This document shows, one piece after another, positions 56,530-64,000 of a stretch of 64,000 nucleotides of DNA (the stretch's first letter is position 1; every line of letters begins with the position of its first letter). The notes beneath the pieces are model-generated. The model was not told the origin of the DNA. It saw only the letters and a program-made list of their open reading frames with translations, and did not search any database. Made by a program: the position numbers and the translations under genes. This DNA comes from an uncultured delta proteobacterium (GTDB lineage: Bacteria > Myxococcota_A > UBA9160 > SZUA-336). Location of the stretch: positions 32,001 through 96,000 of the forward strand of contig CAVPHD010000001.1 of NCBI GenBank assembly GCA_963704165.1. The letters run 5' to 3'.

Positions 56530-57874
56530 ACCGAGAGACTCCGGCCCGACGGCCGCAGCGCGTTCGCCAGCGCGTCCGCGACCCGGCCGGCGTTCTCGGC
56601 ACGCAGCGTCGCGGTCGTGATCCGCAGCGCCGGACCGCTCTGGATTCGAAAGCGCGCGCCGGCGGAGACCGCGAAGCCCGCCTCGAGCAGCGCCGAAGCG
56701 GCGGAGGCTTCGTCGGGCACCGGCACCCACACGTTCATGCCGGAGCGGCCAAACGCCACGATCCCTCGCTCGGCGAACGCGGAGATCAGCGCGCGTCTCC
56801 GCTCGGTGTAGACCCGATCCGCAGCGCTGCAGTCCACGTATGATTTGCTTGTCCGCCGAGCAACGCCGCCACCGTGCGCTGCAAGAGGTGACTCACCCAA
56901 CGAACACCGAGCGCGAAGCGGCCCTCGATGCGCGCGACCGTCACCGCGTCGCCGCACAGAAACGCGAGACGCAGGTCGGGGCCGAGCGATTTCGAGACCG
57001 ACCGCACGACGGCCCACCGCTCCACTCCGCCCGCGCAGAGCGTCCGCGCGGGCGCACCCGCCACGCTGCCGCCGTGGTCGTCCTCGAGCACGAGCACGTC
57101 GGGATGGGACCGCAGCGTCGCTCGAAGCTCGCGCACGCGCCGATCGTCGAGCGCGGATCCGAACGGATTCTGCGCTCGCGTCGTGACGACGAGCGCCTCG
57201 ATGCCGGAACGCAGCGCGCGCTCGGTCGCGTCCGGCAGCGGTCCCGCGTCGTCGACCTCGATCGGCACGGGCACGAGGCCGAGCGCGGAAACGAGATGGA
57301 AGACGGCCGGAAAGCCGGGATCCTCGACCCCGACGCGATCGCCGGGCCGAAGCCAGGCACCGAGCGCGCGCTCGATCCCGTCGAGCGCGCCGCTCACCAC
57401 GGTGAGGGAGTCGGCCGGAATCCCGTCCGCGCGAGATCCGCGGCGCGCGAGCTTCATCAGCTTCTCGTCGCAGAGGTCCTGCCCGTACACCACCGGGCTG
57501 GTGTCGATCCGGCGCAGGGCGGGTCCGATGTCGGGGAGAAGAGCGGGGTCGGGGTTGCCGCTCGCGAGATCGATCGCATTCGCGGGTACGCGCGAGACGG
57601 CGATCGTCTGCGCGATCGGCGGGTGATGGCTGATCGCCGAGCCGCGGCGCCCTTGGGCGACGACCAGACCGCGGAGACGGAGAGTCCGATAGGCCGCCGC
57701 GACGGTCGTCGGGCTGACACGCAGCCGCATCGCCAGCTCGCGCACGGTGGGCAGCCTGGCGCCCGAATCGAGGACGCCGTCGCGCAGCGCGGCCTCGACG
57801 CTCGCGGCGATCTCGACGGCTGTCTTCCCCGTGATATGCTGTGCCAGTACAGACTTCTTTTTGTTCTGTAACAA
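56526..57874 (-). CDS. MocR/GabR family regulator (GntR HTH plus PLP aminotransferase, PtsJ-like); indel(s) at about 56820-56860; start uncertain
   Basis: RLPTVRELA..L.VSPTTVAAAY, DLASGNPDP, EDPGF, RAQNPFG, EDDH, RSVSKSLGPDLR, GMNVWVPV. Confidence 0.9.
57839..57874. promoter_or_regulatory. Two TGT-N6-ACA palindromic boxes, putative MocR operator
   Basis: CTGTGCCAGTACAG (57839-57852) and TTGTTCTGTAACAA (57861-57874), starts 22 bp apart, in an AT-rich divergent control region. Confidence 0.6.
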
Positions 57875-57904
57875 AATAACCGAGCCGGACCGGAGGCGTC
57901 AACC

Positions 57905-58567
57905 ATGGCCGATCTCACCCCCACCCCGCGGACGCGACTGAAACGCCGGCCGCAGCGCGCGAGCTACGACCGCGCAGTCGTGAACGCGATTCTCGACGAG
58001 GGCTTCCTCTGTCACGTCGCGTTCACCCACGACGGCCAACCCGGCGTGATCCCGACCGTGTACGCGCGAGGGGGCGACGCGCTGTACCTGCACGGCGCGC
58101 GCGCGAATCGTGCACTGAACGCGATGATCGAACCCGGGCGCGATTCCTGCCTCTCGGTCACGCACGTCGATGCGCTCGTGCTCGCGCGCTCCGCGTTTCA
58201 TCACTCGGTGAACTACCGTTGCGTGATCGTCTACGGGCAGGCCGAGGAAGTCACGGATCCGGGCGAGAAGCACGAGGCGCTGCGACTCCTCGTCGAGCAC
58301 GTGATTCCCGGCCGCTCGAAGGACATCCGCTCGCCCAGCAAGGACGAGTTCGAACAGACACTCGTCGTGAAGCTCGCGATCACGGAGGCTTCGGCGAAGG
58401 TCCGCGCGGTCGGCGTGATCGATGACGAGTCCGACCTCGAGCAAGGCTGCTGGGCGGGACTGCTGCCGATCGCCACGAGCTTCGGACCGGCTCTGCGCGA
58501 CCCTGCACTTCCCGAAGGCATTCCCCTGCCCGCCTATCTCGAGAGCTACTCGCGAGTGGCCGGCTAG
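57905..58567 (+). CDS. Pyridoxamine 5'-phosphate oxidase family (NimA-like flavin-binding) protein
   Basis: RASYDR..V.AILDEG..CHV, LYLHG, LVLARSAFHHSVNYR, WAGLLP; GGAGG RBS. Confidence 0.92.
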   Translation: MADLTPTPRTRLKRRPQRASYDRAVVNAILDEGFLCHVAFTHDGQPGVIPTVYARGGDALYLHGARANRALNAMIEPGRDSCLSVTHVDALVLARSAFHHSVNYRCVIVYGQAEEVTDPGEKHEALRLLVEHVIPGRSKDIRSPSKDEFEQTLVVKLAITEASAKVRAVGVIDDESDLEQGCWAGLLPIATSFGPALRDPALPEGIPLPAYLESYSRVAG

Positions 58568-58576
58568 GATTTCGCT

Positions 58577-60115
58577 TCAGTAGTGCGGATTCGTGCCGGA
58601 GGCGAGCGGATCGGGCGCGATGGAGGCCCCGCTCTCGCCCGGTGCCCCGGCCATCATCGCCTTCCGACGCTGCTCGAGGGCACGGCGGATGTCTGCGTGC
58701 ACCGCTCGCGTGATCTTGTACCGCGTGATCAGGCTGATCGGAATCAGGTACAAGAGCGGAACACCGATCCCGACGACGAGTCCCAGACGCATGAGCGTGT
58801 CCGGGGGTACATCCGCCGGCGCGATGCCGCGCGGAAGATCGATCATCGCGAGAATGAGGCCACCGAGAACGATCCCGACGCTCGACACGGCCTTGCCCGA
58901 GAACGAAAGAGCCGCGCTGAACATCGCTTCCTGGCGGTAGTGGGTGCGGAGTTCGTGATCGTCCAGAACGTCGGCGACGAGTGAAGCGCCGATGATGCCC
59001 TGGATCACCGCAATGCCCGCACCGAAGACCCCCATGCCGATCAGGATCACGAGCAGCTTTGGATCTCCGTTCGCGGGCAACACGTCGAGAAAGCGAAGTG
59101 ACACCAGGAGGATGCCGTCGATCAGATTGACCGACGCGCAGACCAGCAGGACGTGCTTCTTGTCCCAGCGCTTCTGCGTCGCGGCGACGAGCGGAAACGC
59201 CACGAGCGCACCGACCGAGACCAGCGCGAACCAACGCAAGTCCTCGGCGGTGAGTCCCCAGAAGAACGTCGTCATGTAGATGCCGATGTTGGCCGTGGTT
59301 CCGCCGATCGCGGAGGTGAGCAGGACGATCACGAAGATCAGCGCGAACTGGCGATTCGACAGCGCCCGGATCAGCTCCCGGATCGTGCCCATGAAGCTGA
59401 ATCCCCGGGGCGAAACGGCGTGCTGACGCAGATAGGGGATCTCGCGGCGGGTCAAGAGGGTCGTCGCGACGGCACCGACGGTGAGCAGGAATCCGGCGCA
59501 CAGCGCCATCGTCGGGTAGTGAGCGGGATTGAGCTGGCCGATCGCTTGCTCGGGGGTTGCCCGCATGACGAGGCCGTAGGTGAAGAGCGGGAACGAGACG
59601 CCGACGATCCAGCCCGCCGCGAAGCGATGGGCCATCACGCTGGTGCGCTCGTCGTAGTCGTCGGAGAGCTCCGCGGCGATCGCCGCCCACGGCACGAAGA
59701 AGAGCGTCATCAGGCCGCGCGTGAGCATGACGAAACTCATCAACCAGAGAAACAACCCCGTCTCGCCGAACCCCGCCGGTGGCACGAACACGAAGTACAG
59801 CGCGCTGCCGAGCGGTAGCGCTCCGATCAGCATCAGCGGATGTCGCCGCCCCCATCGCGTCGAGAGATTGTCGGAGAGCGAGGCGACCATCGGATCGGTA
59901 ATCGCGTCGAAGACGATCGCGACGGCGAGCGCGATCGATACGAGCGTCGGATCGACCCCGAGGATCTGGTTGTAGTACAGGAGGATGAAGGTGTTGAACG
60001 TCCAGTTCTTCACCGTATCCGGAATCGCGCCGATGCCCTGGTAGAGCTTCGTCGAGAAACGCAGCCGACCTACCCGCTCTCGACGGACATAGGTCGGAGC
60101 GGCTTCATCCTGCAT
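58577..60115 (-). CDS. MFS transporter, glycoside-pentoside-hexuronide (MelB-like) family
   Basis: DAITDPMV..LSD...TRWGRRHP, ELSDDYDERT, ADVLD..EL.T..RQE. Confidence 0.92.
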   Translation of the reverse strand: MQDEAAPTYVRRERVGRLRFSTKLYQGIGAIPDTVKNWTFNTFILLYYNQILGVDPTLVSIALAVAIVFDAITDPMVASLSDNLSTRWGRRHPLMLIGALPLGSALYFVFVPPAGFGETGLFLWLMSFVMLTRGLMTLFFVPWAAIAAELSDDYDERTSVMAHRFAAGWIVGVSFPLFTYGLVMRATPEQAIGQLNPAHYPTMALCAGFLLTVGAVATTLLTRREIPYLRQHAVSPRGFSFMGTIRELIRALSNRQFALIFVIVLLTSAIGGTTANIGIYMTTFFWGLTAEDLRWFALVSVGALVAFPLVAATQKRWDKKHVLLVCASVNLIDGILLVSLRFLDVLPANGDPKLLVILIGMGVFGAGIAVIQGIIGASLVADVLDDHELRTHYRQEAMFSAALSFSGKAVSSVGIVLGGLILAMIDLPRGIAPADVPPDTLMRLGLVVGIGVPLLYLIPISLITRYKITRAVHADIRRALEQRRKAMMAGAPGESGASIAPDPLASGTNPHY

Positions 60116-60980
60116 GTGCGCTCGAAGGCTCGATGACGAGCGTAGCCACGCCGTGTGTGCCGCTCTCGATCGCGAACACTCTCGTGCCCGGCTTGTGTCC
60201 CGCCCGAACTCCGCTCACCTCGACACCCGCGGCTGCGAGTCGGGCGTGGCAAGCGTCCGCATCGGGAACCTGCCAGGCGAGTCCAAAGAGGCGATCTCGC
60301 GCCGATGGATCCGGCTTCGTCTCCAGCCGGCTCGCGATCTCGACGGTGACGCCGCCGATGCGAAAGAACATCAGTCGCACGCCGCGGTTCTCGAACGTAC
60401 GGTCGAGCGCCAAACGCAAGCCGAGCTTCTCCCCGTAGAACTCGCGGGTCACCTCGGCGTCGAGTGTCTGCACGACGACGTGGTCGAGCGCCGCCACGGC
60501 CGAATTCGATTCCACGTGCGGGGCGACGAGCGGGAGGGCATCGGGCGACGAGAGATGCTCGACCGCGATCACCAGCGGACCCCGTGAATCGCCGCGCGGA
60601 AGGATCACGGTCTTCCACTCCCGCTCGGCGGAGGTCGCACGGTCGCGCCCGCTGCCGGAAGTCGGACCGGTCGGCGACAGGCCGCGCGCGCGCAGCTCGC
60701 GCGCGCACGCTTCGGCGTCGTCGGTGCCGAAGGCAATTCCGACCACGCCCTCGCCGTTCTCGTCGAGCACCGCGCGAAGCATCGTGGCGGTCGGGCCGTC
60801 TTCGACCGGCGCGAGCAGCTCGAGGTAGGTGTTCGACACGCGGAAGAGCGTGTTTGCACTGCCCATGCCCGGGTGTGCGCCGCGCCACGAAGGCTCGCGG
60901 CCGAGCAGCGTGGTGTACGTCGAGGTCGCTTCTTCGAGATCGCGTACAGCGACGATGACGTGATCGAGCGAGTGCAGCAT
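60105..60980 (-). CDS. Two-domain VOC/glyoxalase family protein
   Basis: LDHVIVAVRDL, TYLELL, a second LDHVVV, THGVATLVIE. Confidence 0.88.
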   Translation of the reverse strand: MLHSLDHVIVAVRDLEEATSTYTTLLGREPSWRGAHPGMGSANTLFRVSNTYLELLAPVEDGPTATMLRAVLDENGEGVVGIAFGTDDAEACARELRARGLSPTGPTSGSGRDRATSAEREWKTVILPRGDSRGPLVIAVEHLSSPDALPLVAPHVESNSAVAALDHVVVQTLDAEVTREFYGEKLGLRLALDRTFENRGVRLMFFRIGGVTVEIASRLETKPDPSARDRLFGLAWQVPDADACHARLAAAGVEVSGVRAGHKPGTRVFAIESGTHGVATLVIEPSSAHAG

Positions 60981-61003
60981 CGCGCGAGCTTACCAGAGGC
61001 GAT

Positions 61004-62812
61004 TCAGCCCGGTCGCTTCCTCAGATTGGCCGGCAGCATGCGCTTGCGCAGGCGAAGGCTCTGCGGAGTCACTTCGAGCAGCTCGTCGCCCTCGATCCAC
61101 TCGAGTGCGGACTCGATCGTGAAACGGCGCGGCGGGGTGAGGACCTCTGCCTCGTCCCGTCCGGCGGCACGCACGTTGGTGAGTTTCTTCGGGCGACACA
61201 CATTCACGTTCATGTCGTTCGCGCGACGGTTCTCGCCGACCACCTGTCCCTCGTAGATCGGCTCACCGTTGCCGATGAACATGGTCGCGCGGTCCTGGAT
61301 GTTGAAGAGCGCGTGCGCGGTGGAACGACCGGGGTCGCTCGCGACGATCGCACCTACACCACGACCGGTCAGTGCGCCCGCGAGCGGCTCGTAGCCCCGC
61401 ACGCTGCGATAGAGGGTGCCCTCGCCGCGCGTGTCCGTCAGGAACTCCGTCCGGTAGCCGAACAAACCGCGGGACGGAACGACGAAGTTCAAGAGCGTTC
61501 GCGCGCCACGGCTCTCCATCTGTACGAGCCGGCCGCGCCGCGAGCCGAGCTTCTCGAGCACCGCGCCGGTGGCCTCCTGGGGCACTTCGGCGACGACGTC
61601 CTCGACGGGTTCGCAGCGCTTCCCATCGATGGTGCGCTCGATGATCTGCGGTTGCGAGACGGCGAACTCGAAACCCTCGCGCCGCATGGTCTCGATCAGC
61701 ACCGCGATCTGCAGCTCGCCGCGACCGGCGACCTCGAACGTGTCGGTCGCCTCGCCGGTGCCGATCCGGATCGACACGTTCGTCAGTGCCTCACGGCGCA
61801 GGCGGTCGCCGATCTGGCGGCTGGTGACGTACTTGCCTTCCTGTCCGGCGAACGGGGAGTTGTTGACGGAGAAGCGCACGCTGACCGTGGGCGGATCGAT
61901 GGCGATTCGCGGAAGAGGCTCCTGCGCGTCGGGGGCGCAGATCGTGTCGCCGATCTCGATCGTGTCGACACCGGCGATGATCGCGATCTCGCCGGCCGAG
62001 GCGCTGTCTCGCTCGACGCGGTCGAGCCCCTGGGGCGCGAACAGCTTGGTGATTCGGAAGCTCTGAGCCGTGCCCGTTTCGGGGATACGCACGACGGTGA
62101 CACCGCGGCGCAAGGTGCCGCGCTCGACGCGGCCGATCACGAGCCGGCCGACGAACTCGTCCCAGCCGAGCGTCACGGCCTGGAACTGCAGCGAGCCATC
62201 GACGTCGACCTCGGGTGCGGGCGCCTGCTCGAGGATCAGATCGAGAAGCGGTCGCAGATCCTTGCGCTCGCCATCGGGAGAAAGGGAAGCGGTGCCCTGC
62301 TTCGCCGAGGTGTAGACGATCGGGAAGTCGAGCTGGCGATCGTCGGCACCGAGCTCGACGAGCAGATCGAAAACCTCGTCCACGACCTCGTGCGCGCGCT
62401 GCTCCGGCCGGTCGATCTTGTTGACGACGACGATCGGCTTCAGGCCGCGCGCGAGCGCCTTGCCGAGCACGAAGCGCGTCTGCGGCATCACACCCTCGAC
62501 CGCGTCGACGAGCAAGAGCACCGCATCGACCATGCCCATCACGCGCTCGACCTCGCCACCGAAGTCCGCGTGGCCCGGCGTGTCGACGAGCTGAACCTTC
62601 ACGCCCTGATACTCCACGGCCGTGCTCTTGGCGTGGATCGTGATGCCGCGCTCGCGCTCGAGGTCCTCGCTGTCCATCGCGCGCTCCTGCACCTCTTGGT
62701 TGGCGCGGAACGTGCCTGTCTGGCGCAGGAGACCATCGAGCAGCGTCGTCTTGCCGTGATCGACGTGCGCAATGATGGCCAGGTTGCGGATGTCTTTACG
62801 GGGGCCACGCAT
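61004..62812 (-). CDS. typA: Translational GTPase TypA/BipA
   Basis: [69 protein letters not shown]. Confidence 0.97.
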   Translation of the reverse strand: MRGPRKDIRNLAIIAHVDHGKTTLLDGLLRQTGTFRANQEVQERAMDSEDLERERGITIHAKSTAVEYQGVKVQLVDTPGHADFGGEVERVMGMVDAVLLLVDAVEGVMPQTRFVLGKALARGLKPIVVVNKIDRPEQRAHEVVDEVFDLLVELGADDRQLDFPIVYTSAKQGTASLSPDGERKDLRPLLDLILEQAPAPEVDVDGSLQFQAVTLGWDEFVGRLVIGRVERGTLRRGVTVVRIPETGTAQSFRITKLFAPQGLDRVERDSASAGEIAIIAGVDTIEIGDTICAPDAQEPLPRIAIDPPTVSVRFSVNNSPFAGQEGKYVTSRQIGDRLRREALTNVSIRIGTGEATDTFEVAGRGELQIAVLIETMRREGFEFAVSQPQIIERTIDGKRCEPVEDVVAEVPQEATGAVLEKLGSRRGRLVQMESRGARTLLNFVVPSRGLFGYRTEFLTDTRGEGTLYRSVRGYEPLAGALTGRGVGAIVASDPGRSTAHALFNIQDRATMFIGNGEPIYEGQVVGENRRANDMNVNVCRPKKLTNVRAAGRDEAEVLTPPRRFTIESALEWIEGDELLEVTPQSLRLRKRMLPANLRKRPG

Positions 62813-62844
62813 CGGGGCGGCGAGGCTAAGATGCCTTCCGCCGG

Positions 62845-63813
62845 ATGTCCACAGCTCGCATCGCTCGAATCCACATCTATCACGGAATCTCGCGAGAGCT
62901 TTCCGAGGCACTTGCGCGTCCGCTGCGTGAACGCCTGCCCGATCGCGAGGTGATCGTCTGGACGCGCGAGGACGAGCTTCGCGCCGGAATCGGCGAGGTC
63001 GAGGTGCTGCTCGCCTACCGCCCGCCCCGGGGACTCTGGGCGGGAGCGAGGCGGCTTCGGCTCTTTCAGATGATGGGCGCGGGTGTAGACGCGCTCTTGC
63101 CGGCGCCCGATCTGCCGGCGAGCGTGCGGATCGCGAACGCGCGCGGCATCCACGGGCCGCAGATGAGCGAGTTCGCGGTCGCCATGATGCTCGCGCTCGC
63201 AAAGCGCGTTCCGCGGGCGATCGAGCAGAGTCGCGAACGACTCTGGAAGCAGTATTCGGTCGACACCATCGCGGGTCGGACGGCCGGAATCCTCGGGCTC
63301 GGCGCGATCGGCACTGCCGTGGCCGAGAAGGCGAGCGCGCTCGGCATGCGCGTGATCGGCACCCGGCGCGAGCCGAAGCCGACTCCCCACGTCGTCGAAG
63401 TCGTCGGCCCCGCTCACACCGATCGCGTCCTGCGCGAGTCGGATTTCCTGGTCGTGCTGCTCCCGCTCACGCCCGAGACCCGCGGATCGCTCGGCGCGCG
63501 CGAGCTGACGCTGCTCCGGCCGAGCTCCTACCTGGTGAACCTGGCGCGGGGCGGGATCGTGGACGAGGACGCACTCGCCAACGCCCTGCGCGCGGAGCGA
63601 CTCGCCGGCGCGGCGATCGACGTCTTCGCAGAGGAGCCACTCCAGGCGTCGAGCCCGCTCTGGAGCGCTCCGAACACGATCCTGACGCCGCACGTATCGG
63701 GCCTGGGACCCGGCTACATGGACCGACTCACCGACATCGTCGTCGAGAACCTGGAGCGGATCGAGACGGAACGGCCGCTGCGAAACGAGGTCGATCGCAC
63801 GCGTGGCTACTAG
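62845..63813 (+). CDS. D-2-hydroxyacid dehydrogenase
   Basis: GLGAIG, LPLTPET, VNLARG, DVFAEEPL, LTPHVSG. Confidence 0.93.
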   Translation: MSTARIARIHIYHGISRELSEALARPLRERLPDREVIVWTREDELRAGIGEVEVLLAYRPPRGLWAGARRLRLFQMMGAGVDALLPAPDLPASVRIANARGIHGPQMSEFAVAMMLALAKRVPRAIEQSRERLWKQYSVDTIAGRTAGILGLGAIGTAVAEKASALGMRVIGTRREPKPTPHVVEVVGPAHTDRVLRESDFLVVLLPLTPETRGSLGARELTLLRPSSYLVNLARGGIVDEDALANALRAERLAGAAIDVFAEEPLQASSPLWSAPNTILTPHVSGLGPGYMDRLTDIVVENLERIETERPLRNEVDRTRGY

Positions 63814-63911
63814 AGATCCGGGAGTGGAACTGCCCGGGCCGGAAGCACATGATCGCAGCACCTGAGACGGGCTCGCTGCAAGAGCATCGCCTGCGATCGG
63901 AGGAGGGAGCC

Positions 63912-64000
63912 ATGAAGGATCATCGGGCAGGTACGAGGCTCGCGGGCAAACGCGCGATCGTCACGGGAGCGGGGAGCGGAATCGGGCGCGCGTCGGCGGT
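63912..64000 (+). CDS. SDR oxidoreductase, N-terminal fragment (runs off the window)
   Basis: GGAGGGAG RBS; MKDHRAGTRLAGKRAIVTGAGSGIGRASA. Confidence 0.85.
   Translation, partial: MKDHRAGTRLAGKRAIVTGAGSGIGRASA

Noticed and set aside
15..63861. Many long alternative-frame and antisense ORFs in the track (e.g. 523..2001 +, 12178..14418 +, 29192..31600 -, 42676..45510 +)
   Set aside because: They are R/A/G/P-rich shadow ORFs expected at high GC, overlap genes with clear family motifs, and show no motifs of their own.
63814..63911. Inverted repeat GATCGCAG/CTGCGATC upstream of the last SDR as a riboswitch
   Set aside because: A single 8-bp stem with no recognisable aptamer consensus or U-tract; compatible with chance at this GC content.

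Overview
This is a GC-rich bacterial chromosomal window. The gene content resembles Myxococcota/Deltaproteobacteria, but that is inferred from gene content only. It is densely coding, with about 62 CDS, and I recognised no rRNA, tRNA, CRISPR array, integrase or transposase. Housekeeping and metabolic genes include folC, comM/yifB, ltaE, a short leuA, cimA, glcDEF, sppA, topB, aguBA, a dapF-like gene, typA and hslR. These are mixed with many uncharacterised secreted or lipoprotein genes. About nine genes carry single-base frameshifts, mostly in short G/C runs, which look like long-read consensus errors rather than true pseudogenes. The most notable signals are: (1) an unannotated AhpD-like selenoprotein, where an in-frame UGA at 47703-47705 completes C-F-Y-U-x-x-x-H, is followed by a SECIS-like hairpin, and joins two split ORFs into one ~428-aa protein behind a glutaredoxin and a SirB1-like gene; (2) a complete leucine leader-peptide attenuator before a LeuA lacking its regulatory domain, plus a second, mutually exclusive anti-Shine-Dalgarno switch wired to the terminator strand; (3) a DapF-like epimerase with both catalytic Cys replaced by Ser, next to aguBA; (4) a recurrent leaderless-promoter signature; (5) phased palindromic operator boxes between a MocR regulator and its divergent target. 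All calls come from reading motifs by eye; no database searches or folding programs were run.
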